64,000 nt of DNA from a virus. The stretch covers positions 1-64,000 of the IMG/VR virus record IMGVR_UViG_3300017950_000006; one strand, 5' to 3'. The notes beneath the pieces are model-generated. The model had not been told where the DNA came from. It saw nothing but the letters and a program-made list of their open reading frames with translations, and did not search any database. Position numbers and translations under genes: made by a program. How positions within the stretch are numbered: position 1 is the first letter of the stretch; each line of letters opens with the position of its first letter. Below, in pieces: positions 19,461-28,160 of this stretch.

Positions 19461-20183
19461 ATGTCAACATTAAGAGATTTTTTATTCGGATACGACGATC
19501 CTAAAGCAGTTCCTAGAGAGATCGCAGTCTATAATACAAGTACGACAACTCCAAATAATGGCGGAAGATGTTGTTTATGGACAGTACCAGCAGGCGTTGC
19601 ATATGCAACATTTGAAATTTGGGGCGGCGGAGCGTCTGGAGACGGCGCTTGTTGTTGTCAACAAGGTTATCCATCTTCCGGTGGAAGTTATGGACAAAAA
19701 GCGGCAGAAGTATCAGGCGGTCAGCAATATACAATTTGTGCGGCAGGGTCGACTTGCTGTAGACAAAAAGGAAACTGTCAACAAGGTTATGATTCATATG
19801 TATGTAGATCAGGTGACTGGTGTGCAAGAGCGTGTGGAGGAAGAGTTTTACGTACAGAATGTTTTATGTATAACAACTGTTATTCATGTTGTAGAATGAG
19901 ATACTGTGTACACGGTTTCTCCGGTATGGACTTTGGCGTTGGTGCTACACAATCAACATCACAGTTAAGTCAATACTGTCATGATAGAGGAAATATGTTC
20001 GTTGGCGATCCTCCAGGACGCGGCGGAATGAGAAACGGTCCAAATGGCTGTTGTTTATGGGGCGGATCAGAAGGTTTTGGTTTATTCCCAGGCGGTGGCG
20101 GTATGTCAGCACAATCATTTAGTGAAGTGTGTTGTTGCGGATCACCAGGAGCAGGCGGACTAGTATACGTTGTATACTACTAA
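19461..20183 (+). CDS. Cys-rich, Gly-rich adhesin-like protein 3
   Basis: 240 aa with 23 Cys; NGGRCCLWTVP, GACCCQ, FPGGGG, GLVYVVYY. Confidence 0.6.
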   Translation: MSTLRDFLFGYDDPKAVPREIAVYNTSTTTPNNGGRCCLWTVPAGVAYATFEIWGGGASGDGACCCQQGYPSSGGSYGQKAAEVSGGQQYTICAAGSTCCRQKGNCQQGYDSYVCRSGDWCARACGGRVLRTECFMYNNCYSCCRMRYCVHGFSGMDFGVGATQSTSQLSQYCHDRGNMFVGDPPGRGGMRNGPNGCCLWGGSEGFGLFPGGGGMSAQSFSEVCCCGSPGAGGLVYVVYY

Positions 20184-20198
20184 GAGGTAAGGATAAAA

Positions 20199-21161
20199 AT
20201 GACAATTATTAGAAAACAATTTAACTATCCTAAACCAGATGAATATTTGGGGCAGATTGATGAACAACAATTACAAGGAACCCATACGTATGAGGGTCCT
20301 CCAGCATTATGGGTTTTTATTGATAATGTAACAAACAAAATTGCACCTAGAGCGCATATGGAAGAAGAAGAAGGCATGGACGTTCCAGCGCCTTTAGGTC
20401 TTCGTAAAGTATTAGTTGATTGTGAAGAAAATCCTATTATTTGTTCATTAATGGAATGTGATTGTGACGATGAAGAACATGAATTAGTTTCAGAAGAACT
20501 TCCTAATGGTGTAACTTATCTTACATATATGGATCCACCACCTGATCATACATACGAAAAATTTGATATTGAATGTAATTCTAACAATGAGTTTGTCAAA
20601 GTAGCAAGTTCAACTAAGGGCGGTGTACCACATTATCCTTGGAAACAACCACACATTAAATGGCCTCATCTACGTAGACATAGAACAACATTATTAGGCT
20701 GGAGTGATGACAAAGTAAACACAGATATGCCGGCTTCGTTACAAGAAGAATGGAATACTTTCAGACAAATATTACGCGATATGCCAGTACTTTACGGTGA
20801 TAGTTTTGATGTTGAAATTACTACTTCCGGTACAGGATATGAAGTTGGAGATAAGATTAAATTTGCGGCTTCTAATCTAGACGATTATATTGTTGCAGAT
20901 GAACTAGTTGCTACTGTTAAAACAGTTGGAGCAAGTGGTGAAATTACAGCACTATCATTAAGTGATAATCAAGCAATTAATGACGGTAATGATATTATTG
21001 TAGGTAGATCAGCAAAAGAGTTTGCTAATGCTCCATACACATATGAAGCAGTTACAGACGGCGCAAATGCTGGTGCAGATGCTACATTTAGAGTACACAA
21101 ATGTCAGCGTTATGCGGCTTGGAAAGTAGATACTCCACGTTCACCTTGCGGCACTGCATAA
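20199..21161 (+). CDS. Tail-fibre assembly chaperone-like protein 2 with inserted beta domain
   Basis: RTTLLGWSD...WNTFRQILRDMP; N-terminal PDEYL..YEGP..LWVFID and DHTYE shared with 17990..18703. Confidence 0.65.
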   Translation: MTIIRKQFNYPKPDEYLGQIDEQQLQGTHTYEGPPALWVFIDNVTNKIAPRAHMEEEEGMDVPAPLGLRKVLVDCEENPIICSLMECDCDDEEHELVSEELPNGVTYLTYMDPPPDHTYEKFDIECNSNNEFVKVASSTKGGVPHYPWKQPHIKWPHLRRHRTTLLGWSDDKVNTDMPASLQEEWNTFRQILRDMPVLYGDSFDVEITTSGTGYEVGDKIKFAASNLDDYIVADELVATVKTVGASGEITALSLSDNQAINDGNDIIVGRSAKEFANAPYTYEAVTDGANAGADATFRVHKCQRYAAWKVDTPRSPCGTA

Positions 21162-21205
21162 GTCACAATTAAACATAATCAGCACCTGCTTACTTAAATA
21201 ATTGC

Positions 21206-22036
21206 ATGAGCAATAAAGTAAGATTCGCGGGTGCTCAACTACCCGTAACGCAAAATCTAGAAGAAAATAAAAAATCAATTATGAAGGCCATTGACTGGGC
21301 CTCAGATAATAATTGCAACTGGATTCTTACACCTGAAGGATCACTATCAGGTTACTTTCCCAACTTTGATCTTATTCCAGAAAACGGAATGGCTGATATT
21401 GCTAAAGCAACATATGATATTGTTACATACGCAAATAAAAAGAACATGGGAATTGCACTAGGAACACTATGGGTTGATATAGAACACCGAGGCACAATTA
21501 GAAGAAATCAAATTAGATACTATGATAATCAAGGCGAATTATTAGGAGCAACTAACAAGCAGTACATTGTCGGTGGAGAAGATAGTCCACATCACAGTTG
21601 GGATCAAGTATTAGCAGATCCTCCAGGAACCACAAAAACACACTACCTTGATGGTATAAGAACTACAGGAATGATTTGTAATGATCTATGGGGCAACGGC
21701 TTTAGATTTAATGCGCCTAGTTTACCATTAATGGCAAGTATACATCAAGTAGACCTTATATTACACAGTACTAACGGAGATAGAGGAAATAGTCAGGACA
21801 GTATTTGGATGGAATGGCATGATATCCATCTTAGAATGATGAGTTTACAATATAATATTCCTATTATAACTGTTGATAGTTGTTGTGATAAATTTGGAGA
21901 AAATAGGCAACTGCCTACAAGTTCTCCGAGCGGAGTAGTAGTAAACGGTGAATGGGTAGTACAAGTGCCACGAACAGAACAACAACACTTTTATTGGGAT
22001 TATTTCAAACCTGAAGGTGAAAACTTAAACACATAA
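21206..22036 (+). CDS. Carbon-nitrogen hydrolase (nitrilase superfamily)
   Basis: Catalytic Glu-Lys-Cys motifs LTPEGSLSGY, NKQY and MICNDLW. Confidence 0.85.
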   Translation: MSNKVRFAGAQLPVTQNLEENKKSIMKAIDWASDNNCNWILTPEGSLSGYFPNFDLIPENGMADIAKATYDIVTYANKKNMGIALGTLWVDIEHRGTIRRNQIRYYDNQGELLGATNKQYIVGGEDSPHHSWDQVLADPPGTTKTHYLDGIRTTGMICNDLWGNGFRFNAPSLPLMASIHQVDLILHSTNGDRGNSQDSIWMEWHDIHLRMMSLQYNIPIITVDSCCDKFGENRQLPTSSPSGVVVNGEWVVQVPRTEQQHFYWDYFKPEGENLNT

Positions 22037-22065
22037 TAAGTATTTGAAACAAAGGAACAAAACTA

Positions 22066-23037
22066 ATGTCAAACAGAAACACAGCCTTTTTTATTAACGG
22101 CGGAGCCGGTAGAGTACTTTGCTCTATTCCAGCCCTTGAAAAATATCACGAAGAAAATCCAAACGATGATTTTATTTTAGTTTGTGAAGGAGGCACTGAA
22201 CTGTATAAAGGTCATCCTGTACTTCACAAAAAAGCATACGATCATTGGCATAAGAATTTGTTCGAAGACAAATTAAAACATATGAATTTAGTTACACCTG
22301 AACCATATCGAGTATTTGAATATTACAACCAACAAGCAAGTTTATCTCAGTGCTATGATATTGAAATTAATAAAAAGGGTGTAAGAGATCTATCTAAGCC
22401 TACTCTTAAATTAAATGCTCAGGAGATAATGACAGGACAAAAATTAGTTTCTGAAGTAAAAGAAAAGACTGGTAAAGATAAAGTAATTGTATTTCAACCA
22501 TTTGGCAGAGGAACAATTCACGAAAATGGAATGATTGTTGATCCAAGTGGTCGAAGTTTCGAAGCAGACAACGTAATTAATATTGTTGATAAACTTAGCA
22601 AAAAATACGGTGTAATTTTTATGAGCGAAATTGGCATTGAATTTAATAAGCACGGTGTTAAACAACCTGTTGCAATTCCACAAAATATTGAACTTAGATT
22701 TTGGTGTGGAATTATCAATGCCGCTGATCACTTCTTAGGTTGTGATAGTGTTGGTCAACATATTGCATATGCTCTTGAAAAGACAGCAACAGTTGTTGTT
22801 GGATCTACTTTTAAAGAAAATATTTCATATCCAAATGAAGAAAAACATGATATTTTAGATATGGGAGAAGGCGCAAGAGTTTATAGTCCTATTAGAATTA
22901 CAATGGACGAATGGTCTGATAGAACTAACGAAGGTATTATGCATATGAATGAAAAAATTGAAGATATCATTCTTGAATCTGTTAATAACATGATTAAAAC
23001 AGGAAAAAATGCAGAAGCCAACAAAACGAAAAAGTAG
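22066..23037 (+). CDS. GT-B glycosyltransferase, GT9 (heptosyltransferase)-like
   Basis: GGAGRVLCSIPAL N-terminal motif; VIVFQPFG; C-terminal LRFWCGIINAADHFLGCDSVGQHIAYALEKTATVVVGST matches the GT9 D(S/T)GxxHxAxA signature. Confidence 0.7.
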   Translation: MSNRNTAFFINGGAGRVLCSIPALEKYHEENPNDDFILVCEGGTELYKGHPVLHKKAYDHWHKNLFEDKLKHMNLVTPEPYRVFEYYNQQASLSQCYDIEINKKGVRDLSKPTLKLNAQEIMTGQKLVSEVKEKTGKDKVIVFQPFGRGTIHENGMIVDPSGRSFEADNVINIVDKLSKKYGVIFMSEIGIEFNKHGVKQPVAIPQNIELRFWCGIINAADHFLGCDSVGQHIAYALEKTATVVVGSTFKENISYPNEEKHDILDMGEGARVYSPIRITMDEWSDRTNEGIMHMNEKIEDIILESVNNMIKTGKNAEANKTKK

Positions 23038-23914
23038 ACTCTTTACTTTTGGATGCAGTTTTACTATGTATGCGTGGCCAACGTATGCAGATATTCTAGG
23101 TAATCATTTTGAACATTACGAAAACTGGGCGTTTCCAGGATTAGGCAATCGTGCGATTGCTGAACGTATTGCAGAATGTCATGTAAAAAATAATTTCACA
23201 AAGAATGATGTAGTATTAGTACAATGGAGTACTCATATTAGAAACGACTGGCATACGTTTTCTCCTATGCAGTTTAATCCTGATAGTTTCTTACACGTAT
23301 GGTTCAGAAATAATTCAAATATTGGATGGAAAACACAAGGAAGTATTTTTAATGTTAGTAATAGACAATACGTTTATAACAATCATTGGGTTAATACCTT
23401 TTGGGACGAACACAGTTATATGATGTATAGCCTAAACGATATGCTACTAACACAAGGACTATTAGAAAGTACAGGGTGTACTTGGCGTATGACTAGTATT
23501 GGTGATTTTCAAAAGATGTGTACAGATATTCCTAATGCACAAGATGAAAATATTTCAGATAAAGACGATATTTTTAAATCTAAACCTGAATTTGAAGTAT
23601 ATAGATCTGTGTTAGAACATGAAAACTGGGTAACACCAATTGGAACATATAGTTGGAATAACGGTGCTGACAGTTATGAATTTCAAAATAACCAAGGCAC
23701 ATGGTTAGAAGTTCATCCTAGTCATAAACAGCATTATTACTATGTAAAAGATGTTATAGATCCTAGTTTAAATTTAGATTTAGATTTAACATTTTATAAA
23801 AATAATGTTAGTGATAAAATTAGAGATTTAAAAAAAGAGCATAATGAATTCCTAGAATTCCAAGAAGCAATCTATAACAATATAGATTTCAAACCAGTTT
23901 ATAGAGGTTTTTAA
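23009..23914 (+). CDS. SGNH-like hydrolase/acyltransferase family protein 1
   Basis: FGCSFT (block I-like), GLGN (block II-like), VLVQWS, C-terminal HP..H. Confidence 0.55.
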   Translation: MQKPTKRKSRLFTFGCSFTMYAWPTYADILGNHFEHYENWAFPGLGNRAIAERIAECHVKNNFTKNDVVLVQWSTHIRNDWHTFSPMQFNPDSFLHVWFRNNSNIGWKTQGSIFNVSNRQYVYNNHWVNTFWDEHSYMMYSLNDMLLTQGLLESTGCTWRMTSIGDFQKMCTDIPNAQDENISDKDDIFKSKPEFEVYRSVLEHENWVTPIGTYSWNNGADSYEFQNNQGTWLEVHPSHKQHYYYVKDVIDPSLNLDLDLTFYKNNVSDKIRDLKKEHNEFLEFQEAIYNNIDFKPVYRGF

Positions 23915-24810
23915 TGAAAAGATTATTTGTATTTGGTTGTAGTTTTACAATGTATTCTTGGCCAACATATGCAGACTTTCTCGGCTACGAATTTGACCAT
24001 TATGAAAATTGGGGATTTCCAGGATTAGGTAATAGAGCAATATCACAAAGAATAGCAGAATGTCATGCTAAAAATAAATTTACAAAAGACGATGTTGTAA
24101 TTGTACAATGGAGTACTCATACACGCAACGATTGGCATACATTTAGAACTGTAGAGTTTAAAGGCAAGCGAGGAGATTCTATTAGAAATACTGATGAAAT
24201 AGGTTGGAAAACTAAAGGCAGTATTTTTAATTATATGAATCGAGAAGTGTGTTATGATAATCATTGGATTCAAACATTTTGGGATGAAGATAGTTTTTTT
24301 GTACACGGAATGAATAATATTGCCCTTGCTCAAGGGCTTTTGGAAAGTACAGGTTGTACTTGGCGTATGCTTTCTATTAGTAATATGAATAAACTAGGAA
24401 CTGATATGCCTGATGCTCCGGACTATGGAGAAAAAACACAGGAAACAGCAGATATTTTTATTGACAACGAGCAATTAAAAGTATATAATAATATATTGAA
24501 TCATAAAAACTTTATAAAACCATTAGGATTATTTGCTTGGAACATTCCAGAAAAAAACTATAAATTCTGGGATCCAAAAACAGATACTACTTGGACAGAA
24601 ATGCACCCTAGTCATTGGCAACATTGGGAGTATCTTAATCAAATTCTCCGTCCAAGTTTAGGCATTACTAATGAAAATAACGATAAACAATATAGTACAG
24701 TAAAAAAACTAGATGAACTAAAAGATAAGTGTCGCGATCTTATTTCGTTTGAAGAAGAGATACTAGAAAATATAGTTGATTATAGACACGTAGGATATAT
24801 AGGATTTTAA
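23914..24810 (+). CDS. SGNH-like family protein 2; tandem paralog
   Basis: FGCSFTMYSWPTYAD, FPGLGNRAI, QGLLESTGCTWRM and HPSHxQH shared with 23009..23914. Confidence 0.55.
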   Translation: MKRLFVFGCSFTMYSWPTYADFLGYEFDHYENWGFPGLGNRAISQRIAECHAKNKFTKDDVVIVQWSTHTRNDWHTFRTVEFKGKRGDSIRNTDEIGWKTKGSIFNYMNREVCYDNHWIQTFWDEDSFFVHGMNNIALAQGLLESTGCTWRMLSISNMNKLGTDMPDAPDYGEKTQETADIFIDNEQLKVYNNILNHKNFIKPLGLFAWNIPEKNYKFWDPKTDTTWTEMHPSHWQHWEYLNQILRPSLGITNENNDKQYSTVKKLDELKDKCRDLISFEEEILENIVDYRHVGYIGF

Positions 24811-24811
24811 T

Positions 24812-26626
24812 ATGAAAAAACCACCAATTTGGATTGCTGGAATAGCAAGAGGACACAACGCAGGTGTTTGTCTTTTAAAAGATGGAGAATTAATTTTTTC
24901 TATTGAAGAAGAACGATTGAGTAGACACAAGTATGATGGCGGACCTCTTGCATCTATGATCAAAATTCTTGAATATACAGACAAGTTAGATTATCTAGTA
25001 GTAGCACATACACAAAGTTTAGAAGCAACAGCAGGAAAAGTAGATTTCACTGGCGACGATATCTATACCGGTCTTGCACGTAAACTTGGTTTAATTGATA
25101 GAGATCCTAAACTACTTCCTAAACATCCTCAAGTAATTGATTACAGTTATTTCCATCATAAATTACACGCGGCATTAGGGTTTTATAATTCAGGATTTGA
25201 AGAAGCAGTTGCTCTTATAGTTGACGGTGCAGGTACATTCTTTGAAGCACAATTAGAAGGTGAATATAATCCTCCAACTACGTTATGGGAAACAGAAAGT
25301 ATTATTGATTGTGAATTTCCAGGAAACTTTAAAACTTTATATAAACATTTAGGAACAAGAGGACCATTGGTTGGCGGAGAGTTTAAAGAGTTTAATGGTG
25401 GATTCTTCGGAGAAGAAGGTCATACTATTCCTCAAATTGTTATTAGTGAAACAGCAGGTATTGTAAAAACATATGAAGCAGTAACTGAATACTGTGGCTT
25501 TAGTTTTATTGAAGCAGGAAAAACTATGGGACTATTTCCATATGGTGATACTAATGACAATATTCCACAGTTGTTTACAAGTAATCAAACAAGTGCATTG
25601 TCAAACAGAAATGTAATTATTCCAACGTATCCTAACGGTGCTCATGTTAATCGTAATTATTTTGAAATACTTAGAGATCGTCAAGGCCAAGACGAAGATG
25701 TTACTAAGTTGGATAACAGAAGAGACATGGCATATGCTGTGCAAACACAAACACAAAAACAAGTTGCAGATTTAATTAGAAAAGCAGTTGCAATGAGTGG
25801 TAAGAAAAATGTTGTACTAAGCGGTGGTTACGGACTTAACTGTGTTGCAAATTATTGGTATTTAGAAGAACTAAAAGACGAAGGTATTAATTTATATGTA
25901 GAGCCAGTATCAAATGATGCGGGCACAGCAATGGGCGCGGCACTATTACAACATAGATTAGTTACTAATGACTCAACAGTATTATCTCAAAGAGATACGT
26001 TATATAACGGCCCTGCATATTGTTATTCAGATGAAGAGATTAAAGAAACAGCCGATCGGTATGAAGCAGAAGTACGTAGTGTTACTAAAGAAGATATTGT
26101 TAATTTATTGTCTGAAAGAAATATTGTTAGTATTTTTCAAGGACGATCAGAGAACGGTCCACGTGCTTTAGGTAATAGAAGTTTCTTATATGATCCTACA
26201 GATCCAGATGGTAAAGATCATGTAAACAAAGTTAAACGCCGTGAATACTTCCGTCCATTTGCAGGTACAATTCTTGAAGAAGATGTACACGAATGGTTTA
26301 ACTTACGTGGTATGAAATCATCACCTACAATGATGTATGCTGTAAATTGTCAGCCAGGAATTGAAGAAAAGATTCCTGCTATTATTCACGTAGACGGTAC
26401 TTGTCGTATCCAAACAGTGAATGAAAAACAAAACCCACACTACTATAATCTAATTAAAGCATTTAAAGAAAAAACTGGGATTCCTATGGTGTTTAATACT
26501 AGTTTTAATTTAGGCGGAGATCCGCTAGTTGAAACGCTTGACGATGCTATTAGAACGCTTGCAAAAAGTGATGTAGAGTACCTATATTTGCCTGAATACG
26601 ATACCTTAATTACAGTTAAAAATTAA
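24812..26626 (+). CDS. Carbamoyltransferase, NodU/CmcH family
   Basis: EEERLSRHKYD, HHKLHA, IVDGAG, AGKTMGL, LSGGYGLNCVAN, DAGTAMGAA, GPRALGNRS, KRREYFRPFA, HVDGTCRIQTV, NTSFN. Confidence 0.93.
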   Translation: MKKPPIWIAGIARGHNAGVCLLKDGELIFSIEEERLSRHKYDGGPLASMIKILEYTDKLDYLVVAHTQSLEATAGKVDFTGDDIYTGLARKLGLIDRDPKLLPKHPQVIDYSYFHHKLHAALGFYNSGFEEAVALIVDGAGTFFEAQLEGEYNPPTTLWETESIIDCEFPGNFKTLYKHLGTRGPLVGGEFKEFNGGFFGEEGHTIPQIVISETAGIVKTYEAVTEYCGFSFIEAGKTMGLFPYGDTNDNIPQLFTSNQTSALSNRNVIIPTYPNGAHVNRNYFEILRDRQGQDEDVTKLDNRRDMAYAVQTQTQKQVADLIRKAVAMSGKKNVVLSGGYGLNCVANYWYLEELKDEGINLYVEPVSNDAGTAMGAALLQHRLVTNDSTVLSQRDTLYNGPAYCYSDEEIKETADRYEAEVRSVTKEDIVNLLSERNIVSIFQGRSENGPRALGNRSFLYDPTDPDGKDHVNKVKRREYFRPFAGTILEEDVHEWFNLRGMKSSPTMMYAVNCQPGIEEKIPAIIHVDGTCRIQTVNEKQNPHYYNLIKAFKEKTGIPMVFNTSFNLGGDPLVETLDDAIRTLAKSDVEYLYLPEYDTLITVKN

Positions 26627-26640
26627 ATCCTCATAAGCGA

Positions 26641-26646
26641 TAAATA
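26641..26646 (+). promoter_or_regulatory. GATAAATA late-promoter-like motif
   Basis: Intergenic, before GAGG RBS and the ATG at 26664. Confidence 0.6.
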
Positions 26647-26663
26647 CTATAAAGAGGACTAAA

Positions 26664-27083
26664 ATGTTTGATATCGGTAAATTTTTCGGCAAGGGATTAA
26701 AGAACACAGTGCTAATGAAAAACGGCGCTAATATAAGTTATCACGGCCCTTGGAAAAAAATAACAGAAGATACGGTAATCGACCGTTGGCTAGTTGGTGA
26801 TTTTTGTGCCGCAGAATATACTATTGTAGCAGATCTTTCAACATTCCAAAAAGAAATTATCAAGTGTTTAGTAGTTGCTGGACCTAGTACTGCTGAATTA
26901 GTAGTGTACGGACGTTCAAATCTTGGAAATCAAATTATCGACTTAACTGCAACAGTTAATGACAGTTATGTTAACATCATTGCTAATGCAAAACCACTCG
27001 ATGATTCAGCACCAGGACGAGGTGCGAAACTAGTTTTCAGTGCCAATTACTATCAAACACAAAATGTTTTAGTACCTGCTTAA
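26664..27083 (+). CDS. Hypothetical virion-associated protein
   Basis: 139-aa ORF, beta-strand-rich, with late motif and RBS. Confidence 0.55.
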   Translation: MFDIGKFFGKGLKNTVLMKNGANISYHGPWKKITEDTVIDRWLVGDFCAAEYTIVADLSTFQKEIIKCLVVAGPSTAELVVYGRSNLGNQIIDLTATVNDSYVNIIANAKPLDDSAPGRGAKLVFSANYYQTQNVLVPA

Positions 27084-27116
27084 CGAGCAGATAAATATGT
27101 GTAATTGGAGCATCAT

Positions 27117-28154
27117 ATGGCAGTAACTTATAACCCTTTCGAGTCAGAGCATGGATTTAAAAGCCCAGGCTTTACAGTTGATGATAACGGTAATGTTACA
27201 GTTCGTAGTCTTTCTTATATTGAGGAAGAAGAAGTAGTTCTTGAAGGTAGATTATATTTTAATCAATTAGGAACAGGCGATCAAGCAGTTTATACTCAGG
27301 ACGGCGTATTTGCACCAGGTTCAGATGTCCTTAGGCAAAATCCTCCATTACAATTTACTAGAGGTGAAACATATTCATTTAACTTAAATAATTTTAATTA
27401 TCTTACATGGAATATTTGGCAAGAAGATCTAACAGGAAATTCAGCAGTTACAATTAATGGAACTCCAGTAGTTTATTATAACAATGGAATTAGTTATAAA
27501 GTTAGCGATACTGATGTTTCAACACTAGAAGGACAAGATGCACAAGGAAAAACTAATGGTGTATTTTTCTTCGAGGTTCCACCTTTAGCACCTGAAACAT
27601 TATACTATGGAACAGGTGATGGATCTATATTTGGTGTTATTACAACAGCAGATCCAACTATTACAGGTGTTGGTAGTTTTAGTTCTTTAAATGTTATTGG
27701 AGATGCAACATTTACAGGACAAGATTCAGAAATTACTATTGCACCATCTGGTCAGTATGGTACTGTTACAATTAGTCCTGGCGGAGCAGGTACATTAAGT
27801 AATATGTACGTCCAAGCAATTACATTAGATGTAACAGATACGACTACAATTACTCCTGATAATAGAAGTGTAACAATAGCACCAACAGGAACAGGAATTT
27901 TAACACTATCATCTGGACTAACAGGATCTATCGATAACATGGAAATAGGTCAGTCAATTCCAAGAGATGGTTCATTCTTAGCCCTAAATGCAGAAAATGG
28001 GTTAAATAGTACAGTGATAGGAAATGTTACTCCAGAAGAGGCAACATTTACACAAGCAACAGGAAAAAACGCACCAGTGACTAGTCAACATTTAACAAAC
28101 AAACAGTACGTAGATAATACAGCAACGGCGTTGGCTATTGCATTAGGAGTATAA
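27117..28154 (+). CDS. Structural/tail-fibre-like protein with degenerate cupredoxin-like domain
   Basis: Start reassigned to the ATG at 27117 (GGAG at 27107-27110; TAAATA at 27092-27097). LQFTRGETYSF...FEVPPLAPETLYY; TNKQYVD fibre motif; C-terminal ALAIALGV. Confidence 0.6.
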   Translation: MAVTYNPFESEHGFKSPGFTVDDNGNVTVRSLSYIEEEEVVLEGRLYFNQLGTGDQAVYTQDGVFAPGSDVLRQNPPLQFTRGETYSFNLNNFNYLTWNIWQEDLTGNSAVTINGTPVVYYNNGISYKVSDTDVSTLEGQDAQGKTNGVFFFEVPPLAPETLYYGTGDGSIFGVITTADPTITGVGSFSSLNVIGDATFTGQDSEITIAPSGQYGTVTISPGGAGTLSNMYVQAITLDVTDTTTITPDNRSVTIAPTGTGILTLSSGLTGSIDNMEIGQSIPRDGSFLALNAENGLNSTVIGNVTPEEATFTQATGKNAPVTSQHLTNKQYVDNTATALAIALGV

Positions 28155-28160
28155 TAAGAG

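Noticed and set aside
17238-20183. Cys-rich genes as diversity-generating retroelement targets or RiPP (thiazole) precursors
   Set aside because: No reverse transcriptase, no near-identical template repeat with adenine-specific differences, and no YcaO or radical-SAM genes in the window; the proteins are 240-aa folded-domain-like and sit beside fibre chaperones.
28003-28008. TAAATA inside a coding region as the promoter for the 28161 gene
   Set aside because: Plausible, but a 6-mer this AT-rich occurs often by chance in coding sequence; not supportable alone.
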